DNA from: a virus
Taxonomy: Duplodnaviria; Caudoviricetes
DNA: 64,000 nucleotides
Virus record (IMG/VR): IMGVR_UViG_3300044675_007236
Reading direction: 5' to 3' (one strand)
In this document: piece by piece, positions 29,334 to 40,012 of the stretch
Layout: each line of letters opens with the position of its first letter
How positions within the stretch are numbered: the stretch's first letter is position 1
The notes under the pieces: model-generated
Seen by the model: only the letters and a program-made list of their open reading frames with translations
Told to the model about the DNA's origin: nothing
The model's database searches: none
Made by a program: the position numbers and the translations under genes

Positions 29334-29849
29334 TCATGTGGTAGGTTCAATTTCATAAGCGGTTTGTTTTCCTAGAAGTGTTATGGCGGTTTGATCGTAC
29401 TTCGCGTTTTTGATGTCTGCTCGAGCGTACTTACTAACCATATCGGCAAGTTTGTTGGCTTCTAACGTAGAACGTTCAAGCCAGTGCGTCTTTACGATAA
29501 AACCTTTAGCTAGAAAGTCCGACAAGAATTTACCGCAGATGTAGGTGGTGCTGGCGGCGGCGACAACTTGGCTATCAGTGATGATGTGCACGTGTTGGAA
29601 GTTGTCGTATTTTCTGCTAGCGTAGTAAATAAGCGGTTGAATGTAAGCCATGTACTCGGCCACGTTTACCGTGCCATGGTTCATGCTGCCATACCACATA
29701 GTTCGGCTAAAGTCTTTACGCTCAATCGACAAACAGCCCCAGCCGCAAGGCCCCCACGACGCACCAGATCCGTCACCAATTAGCAAAATGTCCCAGTTTT
29801 CGATTTTTAGATGATCTAACAATTGGGACAATTGTTTACAGTTTTCCAT
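29334..29849 (-). CDS. Ribonuclease H-like protein
   Basis: LIGDGSG..GWG, TVNVAEYMA, IITDSQVV, NKLAD give the D-E-D-D RNase HI catalytic pattern. Confidence 0.75.
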   Translation of the reverse strand: MENCKQLSQLLDHLKIENWDILLIGDGSGASWGPCGWGCLSIERKDFSRTMWYGSMNHGTVNVAEYMAYIQPLIYYASRKYDNFQHVHIITDSQVVAAASTTYICGKFLSDFLAKGFIVKTHWLERSTLEANKLADMVSKYARADIKNAKYDQTAITLLGKQTAYEIEPTT

Positions 29850-31173
29850 TGTATTTTCCTAATGCAACATGCTAGCAAGAAATATTTAAAACAGCTATTG
29901 GTTAGCAACTAAAACCCACTAACCGCTGTGCTGTTTAAGCGGAACGAGAATCTGATTGAAGTCTGACGCATAAGTGTGATCTTCATGAGGAACGCTCGGG
30001 CTTCCTTGTTTAAATAAATTGGCCGTTAGCGTTCTATCGAACATAATGTCCAATTCTGGTAACGCTTCATCTTCAATATCGGACAATACCAAGCTGACCT
30101 TGTTTCCGTTTGGAAGCTCAATTACAACTTCGTCTCCGTCAACTTCAAGTTTAACTTTCACTTTCACAGTGTCTTTCTCCGGTAATGTCGCATCTTCAAT
30201 AGCTGATGTGATCCTCGACTGCCCATTCTTTTAACTTATCAAAAACTTGTTCAATGCAAGCGACTGCGTTAAACGCGTCGTAGGAGTCTGTTGGACTATC
30301 ACCATACGATGGAGCTCCGGTAATACCTAGTCTGTAGTTCATAGGGGCAACACAAAGCCATCCAACGTCTTTTGAAGCATTTTGAAAGTTTTCGCAGACT
30401 TCTACTACGTATTCAAGGAGCTTTTCTCTAATTACTGTGATGTCGCTGTCGCCGTAAAACTGATAAGACTCTTCAAATTCGTCGATTTCTAACGTGGCGA
30501 TTAACGATTTCATGGCTGCTTTCCGCACTTCTGTGAGTTCACACAGCGGTGCGGCTGCAAAAGTCATACTCATGCCCATGCTACTACCTTCTTTCTACAA
30601 CGCGAGTAGTTGTTATTGTTTCAGTTTCAACGATTTCAGCTATGTGGTACTCTGTCTGCATGTCGCTAAAAGCTGCATAGGCCTCGATGATTGCACCGGA
30701 CAAGAAGTACTCACCTTTTTTTGGGCACCGTTTTTCACCGGTCCAACGTGCTTTAAACCTGCGGTCAATAAGCAACTTATTGGGTATTACAGGGTAAAGC
30801 CCGAATCGGCTTAGTTTCTCAGTCATTAGTGTTCGATTTCTCCGCGAGCTTAAGCCTAAGTGCAACCACGCGGTCTTCGAGTTCTTCCAGTTCCGCCTCC
30901 AAAATAGCTCGGTCGAGGTCTACGACGATAACGTAATCGTCGTATTTCAGCCTAGACGTAAAAACAAAAATATCTTCGATATCGGGTCTAACTGTCAAAA
31001 GGCTAAGCTGACGCAATAAAACTTTTTTGCTATCGAAAATTCTGGCGTTTTTTAGATCCGGATTCCAGCAAAAGTCGTCGTCATCTCTATCATACATAAG
31101 ATAAGAAACTGTTCCGGTTTGTTTGTGCCGTAGAGCTGCACCGTAACCACTATTAATTTCAAGGTTTTCCATG

Positions 31174-31395
31174 TTATTTTCTTTTGTTGTTTGTGATTCT
31201 TGTATTCCAATCAACTATCGCTAGACTGCGGTCGTAGCGAATACCTTCAGGGCAACTGCTAGCGCCACAGTCGTCACATTGCACTACCCAATCGTCAAGG
31301 TCGTGCAATTGGTAGTGCAAAAGAGGTTTGTCACCGCAAAACGGACAAACAAGTAACGCAGATTTTTCTTCGCTGGTGAAATCGAAAGTTGTCAT
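31174..31395 (-). CDS. Lar-family restriction alleviation protein
   Basis: LLVCPFCG...VQCDDCGAS...AIVDWNTR. Confidence 0.75.
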   Translation of the reverse strand: MTTFDFTSEEKSALLVCPFCGDKPLLHYQLHDLDDWVVQCDDCGASSCPEGIRYDRSLAIVDWNTRITNNKRK

Positions 31396-32488
31396 GCTAA
31401 TCTTTCGATACGTTAGTTATGTCGGGTTGTTCAAGATTACTTGCTTCTTTTTCTTCTGCGTCCATAAGTCTGTTAATTGAAAAGACTCTCGCGTACACGT
31501 CCGGCGTGTTATCGTAAAGCCATTTAATGCCTTCTTGGTATCTTCTAGTTTCCAAAAACCATTCAACTACCGGCGATATGTCTTCCCACGCCGAGTCGAT
31601 AAGAACCATGTACTGCAGATTATGATCGGCAGCAAGCCGAAACAACTGTAGCGATGCAGAACATTCCAACTTCGCCGCCAAAGCTGTCGGCATTCCGGAA
31701 GCAACGTCAAAGCGATCTTTTTCTACGTAACGCATAATTTTTACAAGTTTCATAAGGGTTTTAAAGTACTGCGAGTTTAAGCTAATCTTTCGATACGTTA
31801 GCCGTGTTGGGTTGTTCGGAGCTCGTTCTGTAAGAATCTTTTTCGACGGACAGTGATAGGTCGGCTCTGACCGCTATGCCCTCTTCACGGTGTTTAACTG
31901 TGTACCAGCCAGATGTGTGTAACGCTATGCGGTTGTTTTCTTTTTGTTCTATGCTTACCACGCGTACCCACTGATACGGAGGATGTTTGGCTAAAGAATT
32001 CCACAGATAGTCACCAACTTTTACGTCTTTTGCGGCTATCGTTATTGTATAAGCCATTTCAAGTCTTCTTTCTTAGTATCGGGCTCCAGCCGAGATACTA
32101 ACAGGTGGTTCTTTTCCTTTTTTCAATGCGTCTTTTTCCAGCCTGCGGAACTTACGTTTCGCTTGCTTGGTTTTCAACTTGACATTAGGCAAATGCTGAA
32201 TGCATTTGTCCCACGCTTCTCGACACAACTTGTACGGACTAGGTATTGCGTTGCTTTTTCCTGTGTTCTTGGCAGCACTCGCCGCTGCAGTAAGCGTTGT
32301 TGTGTTGCTTTTCTTTGCCGCAGTTAAGGCACGGCCTTTTAGTTATCTCCGGTTCGCCCCGCGGTTGTCCGCCCCACCCATACATGCCGTTGTAATTAAC
32401 CAGCATTGCAGCTGCCATCGCTGAGTGCATTTGCAGCTTACTCCTTATTCCAAGTCTGTGGTATTTTTGTACTTCTGTTTCTTTGTTT

Positions 32489-32848
32489 TCATTCATCTTT
32501 TTTAGTTCCTGTTTCAGTTTCTGTTTCAATGTTCAAATCTTCGACACTAAACCTAGGCGTTCTGCATACAGTGTAAAAATAATCGTTGCCCAGGTTGGCT
32601 AGTCGGGAAACTGCTAAAGCCGTAATTACGGATTTAGCAAACCATACCGCCAACCTGGTGTCTTGACAGCACATGACAAGAGTGCACAGGAGTGCAACCC
32701 AGGGAGACAGGCAAAAACAGCAAACCAGGAGTTCTCCTAGTTTACTTGTCCAAGTTTCTACTATTGCGCGGGGTGTCGCAAACAGTAAGGAGTGATGCCA
32801 TATCTCGACGATTTGCCATGTTGCCAAGGCTGCAACGATTAGTTCCAC
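32489..32848 (-). CDS. DUF1360-like membrane protein
   Basis: Hydrophobic segments with ELLVCCFCLSPWVA (C..C.s.W) motif. Confidence 0.6.
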   Translation of the reverse strand: MELIVAALATWQIVEIWHHSLLFATPRAIVETWTSKLGELLVCCFCLSPWVALLCTLVMCCQDTRLAVWFAKSVITALAVSRLANLGNDYFYTVCRTPRFSVEDLNIETETETGTKKDE

Positions 32849-33429
32849 GTGATTACCCGTTTACTATTTTTATAGAAGCAAATAGCAACAAAAATGCCAT
32901 AATACCTAAACCGATTTGGCCTGAAAGCATCAGATACAAACCAGCACACAGTAAACCAAGAAACCAAACTGCAATCGCGTTATCCATTGTTATCATCCTC
33001 TGAAATTGTCGGAGGAGACCAACTATTTAAGCTAACTCTATCAGAGGGAGGTGCTCCTTCGCCTGCTATTAACTCTTCCAGAGGTTTGCCGCTAGGCACC
33101 TCGGTTTGATTGACTAGCAACTGCGGTGGAGAAAATGAGGACGACGGCCAATTCAGCGGTCGCAATTGTTTTCTCCGGCTAAAGGCGAAAGAACTTCTGG
33201 TCGGCATTGTGGCCTCCCCTCTGTGGGTTACTCTTTGTTATCTTGTCCAAAAACCATATTATGGACGGCGGCGACGGTCATTAAAAGACCGGCACCTATC
33301 AAAATTACGGACTTGGCGGCAAACGATGCCACCCCGATTATTGCTTTGGCTGTGAGAGACAGCAAGTCAAACACAGTATCACTTAGCTTAAAAATGACAT
33401 CCTCCTACGATTTGATTAAAAATGCCAGA

Positions 33430-36400
33430 ATGACCTCTAGCGAGGTCATGGCAGAAGAACAAGCACACGATCCTTACGTTATCAGCGAAACTAAGCTGGT
33501 AAACGTAGCTCGGCAGATGGGCTACAAGCCGTCTGCATCGACAAGCCTTGTGGAACGCAGATTACACTTGGCGGATTTTATGCTGAAATCGTCGGGATAC
33601 CCGACGCTTCAGCCACTTCTTCCGCTACTGCTTTCCATCAGGGGCAAGCCCTATCACTTACATGATCACTTTCCGTTTGCTCCTTTCTTTAGAACGAGAA
33701 TGGCACGGACGACGCTGCTAAAAACGGGCCGTCAAGTGAGTAAAAGTACTTCACTGGCAGCTCAAGGTGTTTTGTTCTCAAACTGCATACCGTACTTCAG
33801 TACGCTTTTTCTTACGCCTTTGTTTGAAATGATCCGGCGGTTTTCTCAAAACTACGTCGCAGAATTCATTACAACAAGCCCTGTAGGCCGACTGTTCACT
33901 GACGAAACTACCGTGAACAACGTACTACAACGTTCGTTTAAGAATAGATCTAAGATGATCTTTTCTTTTGCCTACCTGGACGCCGAGAGAACTCGAGGTA
34001 TCTCTGCCGACAAAAACTGCCTCGTCGGAAATACCATGTTGGAGCTTTCTGACGGTAACTTTGTCGCCATAAAAAATGCTAAACCAGGCATGGCTGTACT
34101 TTCTACGGATAAGAATGGTACAATCAGTACCGATGTAATAACTGAGGTGCTGTATCACGGCGTGCAGCCTGTTTTTGAGGTTAAGTTTTCCGGCGGTGAA
34201 GTTGTACGGTGTACTGCAGATGAGCGATTTAGAACAGCCAGCACAAAACAGTGGAAATATTTGGCAGAGCTTGTACCAGAACTGCTCGAATTCCAAAACG
34301 GACAAGCGAAAGCGGAACCAGGACAAACCTTTAAGCTACCCGCAGAAACAAATGCTACTAGGTTGCTTACTAGGCGATTCCGGAATAGCTCAAGCTTCAA
34401 AAACCTCAAATTACCGAATATATTTCAGACACGGACTGAAACAAAAACAGTACTGTCAGGACAAAGCCGACACTTTGGCCGAGTTTGTTTCAACCCAACC
34501 GAAAGAAGTGCTCAACCGAGGCTACGGAAAAAAGTCGGTAATATTTGCTACTGTTTCAAGTCCTGCGTTTCTGGAAATAGCTCGAACTGTCACCGTCGAA
34601 GGCAAAAAAACGGTAACTACAACTTGGGCAAATCAACTGGATTGGGCGGCAATAGCTTATTGGTACATGGACGACGGAAGCTGCGGTGCTCGAAGAAGCA
34701 ATTGTGTTTTTCATACACAAGGGTTTTCAAAAGCCGAGTGCGAAATACTTTCAAGCCGATTAAAAGAGCTGGGCATCTACAACAAGGTGACGCCTGTAAA
34801 AAACAAAAATCAAGCCAGGCCGTATTACGTGCTTTGTCTAACTGCCGAGAGTTCTCGAAAATTAGCGCTAAATATTGCACCTTGGGTGCATCCGTCTATG
34901 CGTTACAAAATCCCAAGACAAAAAGAAACAGTAATCTGTTCAATGTGTGGATCGATTTTTTCGGGTCGAAAAGACCAGCTGGAGGCAAAAGAAGCTATTT
35001 GCAAAAAAGAAAATTGCAAAAAACTTCGACACAGAAAGTTGAATTTGGAATATCGCGAAAGAAAGAGAGCTGCGAAAGTTCGGTTATAACTTGTGTAACC
35101 TATGTCGGCTTACGTCCAACTTGGGATATAAACACAGCGAAGTATCATTCATTTTTTGCTAACGGTGTAAATTGCCATAACTGTATAGACGAGATCCAGG
35201 ACATGGATATCTCGTTTCTACCTGTTATTCACGAGACTATTTCTGCCTCACGCTCTTGGGGAATCAAGCAATATGCTGGAACTCCCAAGACACTTGACAA
35301 CACAATCGAGCGGCTTTGGATAGATAGTTCCATGGCCGAGTGGATTATCAAATGCCCTCACGGAGGCTGCGGTCACTGGAATATTCCTTCACTAGATCAC
35401 GATCTTCTCAAAATGATCGGACCGGTTCACGACGGCATTAGCGACACGTGTCCAGGTGTTATTTGTGCTAAGTGTGCAAAACCAATCAATCCAAGACCAC
35501 CCTACCAGGGCGGAACTGGACGGTGGTTGCACCGGCATCCCGATAAGCGTTGGAGCTTTGCTGGCTACCATGTGCCTCAGCTTATCATGCCTATGCACTA
35601 CGCTAGCCGCGAGAAGTGGCAAACGCTAGTCGATAAACGAGATGGCAAAGGTAACACACCTATCCACGTTTTTTACAACGAAGTATGCGGCGAGTCGTGG
35701 GACTCAGGTAGCAAGCTTGTAACCATTACAGATCTCAAACGTGCTGCGTGCCTGCCGTGGAAAAATACCATGGAGACAGCTCGAAATAACATCGACGGCT
35801 ATTTGTACCGCTTTGTGGCCGTTGACTGGGGTGGAGGTGGCGTTAGCAACGGTAAAAGCGATCTTGCGTTGCAGTCTTACACTTCGATTGCGGTATGCGG
35901 TCTTTGTCCTGATGGTCGCGTGGACGTTATTTACGGGTACCGAAGTATGACACCGCACGAGCACGAACGCGAAGCCGGTTTGATTTTGAACATCATGGGA
36001 GCTTTCAAGTGTTCTCACGTTGTTCACGATTACACAGGAGCCGGTACAGTGCGAGAAACGCTGCTAGTGCAGGCTAGGCTTCCTCGAGAAAGGATTCTTC
36101 CTGTGGCCTACACTGGGCCTGCCAAGGGTGGTTTGATAGGTTACAAACCTGCAAACCCGAAACACCCTCGAGATCACTATGTAATGGACAGAAATCGAGC
36201 TTTGAATTACTGCTGTCAATTCATCAAAGGTGGGGTTATTAGATTCTTCGAATACGACTACAAAGGATCAGATGATGTCGGTCTTTTGCACGACTTTTTG
36301 AATTTAATCGAAGACAAAGCCGAGTCTGGATCCGGCAGGGACACTTACAAGATTTTGCGAGATCCTGCCGGACCTGATGACTTTGCACAAGCTGTTACCA

Positions 36401-36525
36401 TGGGCTCAATGATGCTGTTCCAAATGGCAGGTAGGTTTCCAGACCTATCAGCCTACAAGGACATAGAGATAAGCGACGATGTGCTACTCTCTACCCAGGG
36501 TATTAAGGACATGGATTGGTACTAG
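33430..36525 (+). CDS. terL: Terminase large subunit (GpA-like) precursor containing an intein
   Basis: LLKTGRQVSKST Walker A, RGISADKN|CIDEIQD Walker B split by the intein, KCPHGGCGHWN Zn site, GYHVPQL, FYNEVCGESW, VAVDWG nuclease motif. Start uncertain (33394-33448). Confidence 0.88.
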   Translation: MTSSEVMAEEQAHDPYVISETKLVNVARQMGYKPSASTSLVERRLHLADFMLKSSGYPTLQPLLPLLLSIRGKPYHLHDHFPFAPFFRTRMARTTLLKTGRQVSKSTSLAAQGVLFSNCIPYFSTLFLTPLFEMIRRFSQNYVAEFITTSPVGRLFTDETTVNNVLQRSFKNRSKMIFSFAYLDAERTRGISADKNCLVGNTMLELSDGNFVAIKNAKPGMAVLSTDKNGTISTDVITEVLYHGVQPVFEVKFSGGEVVRCTADERFRTASTKQWKYLAELVPELLEFQNGQAKAEPGQTFKLPAETNATRLLTRRFRNSSSFKNLKLPNIFQTRTETKTVLSGQSRHFGRVCFNPTERSAQPRLRKKVGNICYCFKSCVSGNSSNCHRRRQKNGNYNLGKSTGLGGNSLLVHGRRKLRCSKKQLCFSYTRVFKSRVRNTFKPIKRAGHLQQGDACKKQKSSQAVLRALSNCREFSKISAKYCTLGASVYALQNPKTKRNSNLFNVWIDFFGSKRPAGGKRSYLQKRKLQKTSTQKVEFGISRKKESCESSVITCVTYVGLRPTWDINTAKYHSFFANGVNCHNCIDEIQDMDISFLPVIHETISASRSWGIKQYAGTPKTLDNTIERLWIDSSMAEWIIKCPHGGCGHWNIPSLDHDLLKMIGPVHDGISDTCPGVICAKCAKPINPRPPYQGGTGRWLHRHPDKRWSFAGYHVPQLIMPMHYASREKWQTLVDKRDGKGNTPIHVFYNEVCGESWDSGSKLVTITDLKRAACLPWKNTMETARNNIDGYLYRFVAVDWGGGGVSNGKSDLALQSYTSIAVCGLCPDGRVDVIYGYRSMTPHEHEREAGLILNIMGAFKCSHVVHDYTGAGTVRETLLVQARLPRERILPVAYTGPAKGGLIGYKPANPKHPRDHYVMDRNRALNYCCQFIKGGVIRFFEYDYKGSDDVGLLHDFLNLIEDKAESGSGRDTYKILRDPAGPDDFAQAVTMGSMMLFQMAGRFPDLSAYKDIEISDDVLLSTQGIKDMDWY
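34018..35181 (+). mobile_element. Intein (388 aa) in terminase, inserted immediately before Walker B
   Basis: Block A CLVGNT.., block B RCTADERF (canonical His replaced by Glu), block F/G TWDINTAKYHSFFANGVNCHN followed by +1 Cys. Confidence 0.92.
34220..35089 (+). CDS. LAGLIDADG homing endonuclease encoded in the +1 frame inside the intein
   Basis: MLLGCLLGDS and AIAYWYMDDG motifs, FHTQGFSKAE, C-terminal CSMCG Zn ribbon; own stop at 35087-35089. Start uncertain. Confidence 0.88.
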   Translation: MSDLEQPAQNSGNIWQSLYQNCSNSKTDKRKRNQDKPLSYPQKQMLLGCLLGDSGIAQASKTSNYRIYFRHGLKQKQYCQDKADTLAEFVSTQPKEVLNRGYGKKSVIFATVSSPAFLEIARTVTVEGKKTVTTTWANQLDWAAIAYWYMDDGSCGARRSNCVFHTQGFSKAECEILSSRLKELGIYNKVTPVKNKNQARPYYVLCLTAESSRKLALNIAPWVHPSMRYKIPRQKETVICSMCGSIFSGRKDQLEAKEAICKKENCKKLRHRKLNLEYRERKRAAKVRL

Positions 36526-38187
36526 CTTTACGATTTCTCGTTACTCTATTTCAATCCCGTTAGCAGTGACAGTAAGAATCCTACCGTTGGGCAGCAGAAT
36601 TCTATCGTTAGGCTTAGCAACAAGATCAGCGGCTGGCTTTGTTTGCTCCTGCTTGCGTCGGTACCAGATAGCTTCGAGTTGCTCGCCGGTCAACTTTGTC
36701 GATGCAACCCACTTAACACCGTCCCACCACTCGTCGTTGGCTTCTAGAGTCTCGTGCGGATATTTTCCGAGCAGCGTGTAGCCTTTACCCGGCTCAGGCT
36801 TTTTGAGCCACCAGGACTGCGGCTCGTAGACTTGGCATTGAGACCAACACATGCCTCCGTCGCACTTGAAGTGGCCTCGTTCCCATCCAACAAGCATCAG
36901 GTCGTACCCGTCACCGTCGAGGCAGACCCAGTTTTGAGTTTTGTCATCCCTAAATCTAGCCACTTTTCCGTTGTTGGTTCTTACGATCTCCGCAACATCC
37001 ATATCCGTCGCGTCTCTGTAAAACGCTTCAATCTTTGTAGTCATCGTGATAATTCTCCTTATCGGCGATTGCCGAAAATAAATTTGAACTAACGCATACC
37101 GACTTCTTTTCGGCTCGCGCAAGAACGCTCGTAGTCTCGTTTTTCAACACTAGACATTAAACCTAGTTTGTAGCGTAAGCGTTTAGATAAATCTTGCTTG
37201 CAGTATTTACAACCGTACTTAGAACCTATGCGAGCTCTAATGCTAGCAAGAACAGCCATGTACGGTTTTACATCTGGCAATAGACTGTACTTACGCAAAC
37301 AAAAGAAAGCGGCGTCCAAGTGGTTAATAACGCGTATTTGGTGGTAAAATCTAGCACTAGCTTTTTCAGCCTCTAAAGCTAGTTTTATATGTTTAATGAA
37401 CAATTTTTTAGCTTCTTTTAACGCTGTTTGCCGATCCAGCGATGCTTTAAAACTATCAGAATTACTCGAATCAATTTCAAGTTTAGTCAGGTTCACAGAT
37501 ACGCCAATCTCCAGAAAGGTTTTCGATATTACACTCACACCATTCAGCAGTTGCTTTTTCTTCGTTTAAATCAAAAGCTTCGCCGTATTTTTCCCATGCA
37601 ACATCTTCACATGTGCTCGGATCATCAGTTACAGCTACCAGCCGACAAAGTGCTAATCTCTCTGCCAATGCGCGACGACGGCTGCTAGGTACAGTTTCAG
37701 GTACGTATATTTCTACGATACCTTTAAACGAAACGTGCACCTTGATTTGCTCTGAAGGTTTTGGTTCGAACTCAATCAAATCTTCGAATTCAAATGTTCT
37801 TCGTTGAACTGTGGATTCTACGAACGCAGCGATGTATCCGCGTCGCAACGCTTCGACATGCGGTCCGGTTAGGTACCTGGAAAATACCAGCGAGATTGCT
37901 GCCTGGTAAACCATTGCCGGTTCTTGTTGCAGTAAGTCGGCAAGACCCAGCTTTGTGAAAATCTTAATTTCGTTGGTTGAAAAGTTACTCATGCTTTGTA
38001 AGTAATGCAAAAAGCAAGGAAGTAGCATAGAAACACTAACACGGACGCCATGCTGCCGATTGCGACACCCTTTAAAAATTCACCACGGTAAGCGTATAGC
38101 GTGGTGTTACCTATAAAAACACCAAAAGATAAGCCAAAACCGTATAAGTATTCATTCATATTTTTTTCATGTTTTTTCATTAGAGGT

Positions 38188-38472
38188 TTACTTTACTTCA
38201 ACTCCGTTTGCCGTTGCAGTTGCGAGTTGATATGTTTCATCAGACACATAGGAAAGAGAGCTGAAACCGCTCAGTGAATAGCCGATCAACTGTGCGAACT
38301 GTTCGCGGTCTTCGTTTGACCAGTTCATATAGCCTAGTTGATTCATATCAAAAGGACCGGCATCTAGTAAGAACTTTACAATCGCGTTTTTCTTGAAACG
38401 TAAAGTACCGTCAGTATCTTTTTCTAGCGGTTGAACCGGGTGTCTTGCAGTTTTGGCGGAAGAGTTACTCAT
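38188..38472 (-). CDS. Conserved phage hypothetical protein
   Basis: HPVQPL..DGTLRFKKNAIV...EDREQFAQLIGYSLSGF resembles a small phage family I recall as widespread. Confidence 0.6.
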   Translation of the reverse strand: MSNSSAKTARHPVQPLEKDTDGTLRFKKNAIVKFLLDAGPFDMNQLGYMNWSNEDREQFAQLIGYSLSGFSSLSYVSDETYQLATATANGVEVK

Positions 38473-39123
38473 GACGATACCTCCATCATTCTAATAACCC
38501 GGTCTTCACCTACGTATACACGTTGTTTTTCAAAATGTTCAGGGCTAGGTTTGATACCATTTAGAGCTAGTAGTTTTGAAAAAACTTTCACAGCTTCAGC
38601 TTTGTTTTTGCAAAGCTTAGCTTGCCCATCTAAACCATCTTTGCTGATTTCCAACACCACCCAAGCTTTGTTTTCTTCAACGTTTTTAGCAACTGAAACC
38701 TTGGTTTCTTCGATTTCTTGCGGCTTGCCCCAGACAGGATTTTTTACAATCTGAAAGCCAAGCTTTCGAAAAGCTTGCTCGCAATCAGTCTTTTTCATTT
38801 TAGGCGACAGTTTGTGTTCTTCGCATTCGTAGAAGCCAGGAATGTTAAAACCCAAACAGGTGTCCGGAATGAAACCATTAGCTGCCCAGAATGGTTTAGG
38901 TGCAACGCTCCACACTTCTTCTACCCAGTCTGACTCTTCGCCGTCCTCTGCATCGTAGTTAAAGTCATCTTCGGCGGAAAATATAGCCACCCATTTTGTG
39001 AAATCAGGCTTCCAATTTTTTTGTTTAACCCAATCGCCAGCTTTGTTTTTACGCAGCCCGTAAAATTCCGAAAACTGTTCTTCCGTAAGCTCAATCATGA
39101 TTTACTCCTGGTTTGTGTGATTA

Positions 39124-39480
39124 TCAACGGCTAACTGAAACGTCGGCTTCTGGATAAGCCAGACAAGCTCCAATATAAGATTTGATGAAAGGTATGAAAT
39201 CTTTGTACGTACCCCAACCATTTGTCGCATTAAAGGTTTCAAATCTAGCACGATCGCTCTGCATTAAAGCTAAACCGGCTGTTAGTGGTTCGATTAGCTG
39301 CTTCGCTTTTTCGATACCAATTTCTTCAGGCCGCCAAAGATGCTCGTATATTCCAGCTTCTTTGGCCATTTTTCCTAGGTTGTGCGTGATGTTTGAAGTA
39401 TACAGCTCCATAGTTTCTGCTGAGACATTGGCAGTGGATTGACCGGGTTTCGGTACGGTTAAACTAACATCTAAACTCAT
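39124..39480 (-). CDS. Conserved phage hypothetical protein
   Basis: NITHNLGKMAKEAGIYEHLWRPE...FNATNGWGTY resembles a small phage family I recall as widespread. Confidence 0.6.
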   Translation of the reverse strand: MSLDVSLTVPKPGQSTANVSAETMELYTSNITHNLGKMAKEAGIYEHLWRPEEIGIEKAKQLIEPLTAGLALMQSDRARFETFNATNGWGTYKDFIPFIKSYIGACLAYPEADVSVSR

Positions 39481-39665
39481 GTTTTACTCCTCAGGTAAAT
39501 GTAAATTTGCTGTTTCAACTTCTTGTTGTGAGTCTAGCTTAAGTTCGATGTTGAAAACTTCGTCATCGCTTACTAAATGTCGATTATAGTAGTCGACGTT
39601 AATTAGTTTGCAGAGTTTTTCCCATGCAAATAGCATGTCTAACTCTTTTAGTGTGCCCGTTATTT

Positions 39666-39827
39666 TCATTCGCCCACCTCCTTTCTTGCCTTGGTTATTC
39701 TGCATTGCTGTCGGAAAAAAGCAGATTCCGCTTTGCCCCGAGTCGAATCGCGCAGTGTTCGGTAGTCCAGTTTTTTTCGGTATAGACTGAGCCTTTCGAC
39801 TATCTTCCCGGCTTGCCTGATCTTCAT
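39666..39827 (-). CDS. Small basic protein MKIRQA...KEVGE (copy 2; missed by the ORF track)
   Basis: 53-aa ORF, ATG at 39827, paralogous to 39824-40012; shared junction GGAGGTGGGCGAATGAA. Confidence 0.6.
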   Translation of the reverse strand: MKIRQAGKIVERLSLYRKKLDYRTLRDSTRGKAESAFFRQQCRITKARKEVGE

Positions 39828-40012
39828 TCGCCCACCTCCTTTCGTCGCTTGCGAAAAATCCCCATCGCTTCTGCGTACCTATAATCAACAGCCTTGACGT
39901 AATAATCAACAGCCTTGACGTAAGTTGCTTTTTTGATTCGGTAAAAATAGCTATCTGATTTTCGCTCTCGATGCGCACGCTTCCAGATTTTTCTTGCTTG
40001 CCTGATTTTCAT
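39824..40012 (-). CDS. Small basic protein MKIRQA...KEVGE (copy 1)
   Basis: ATG at 40012 overlapping the upstream stop; internal 21-bp tandem duplication (YVKAVDY twice). Confidence 0.6.
   Translation of the reverse strand: MKIRQARKIWKRAHRERKSDSYFYRIKKATYVKAVDYYVKAVDYRYAEAMGIFRKRRKEVGE

Noticed and set aside
33166-33429. N-terminal extension of the terminase ORF from the ORF track
   Set aside because: Non-conserved-looking sequence overlapping small minus-strand ORFs; the start is more likely at 33394-33448.
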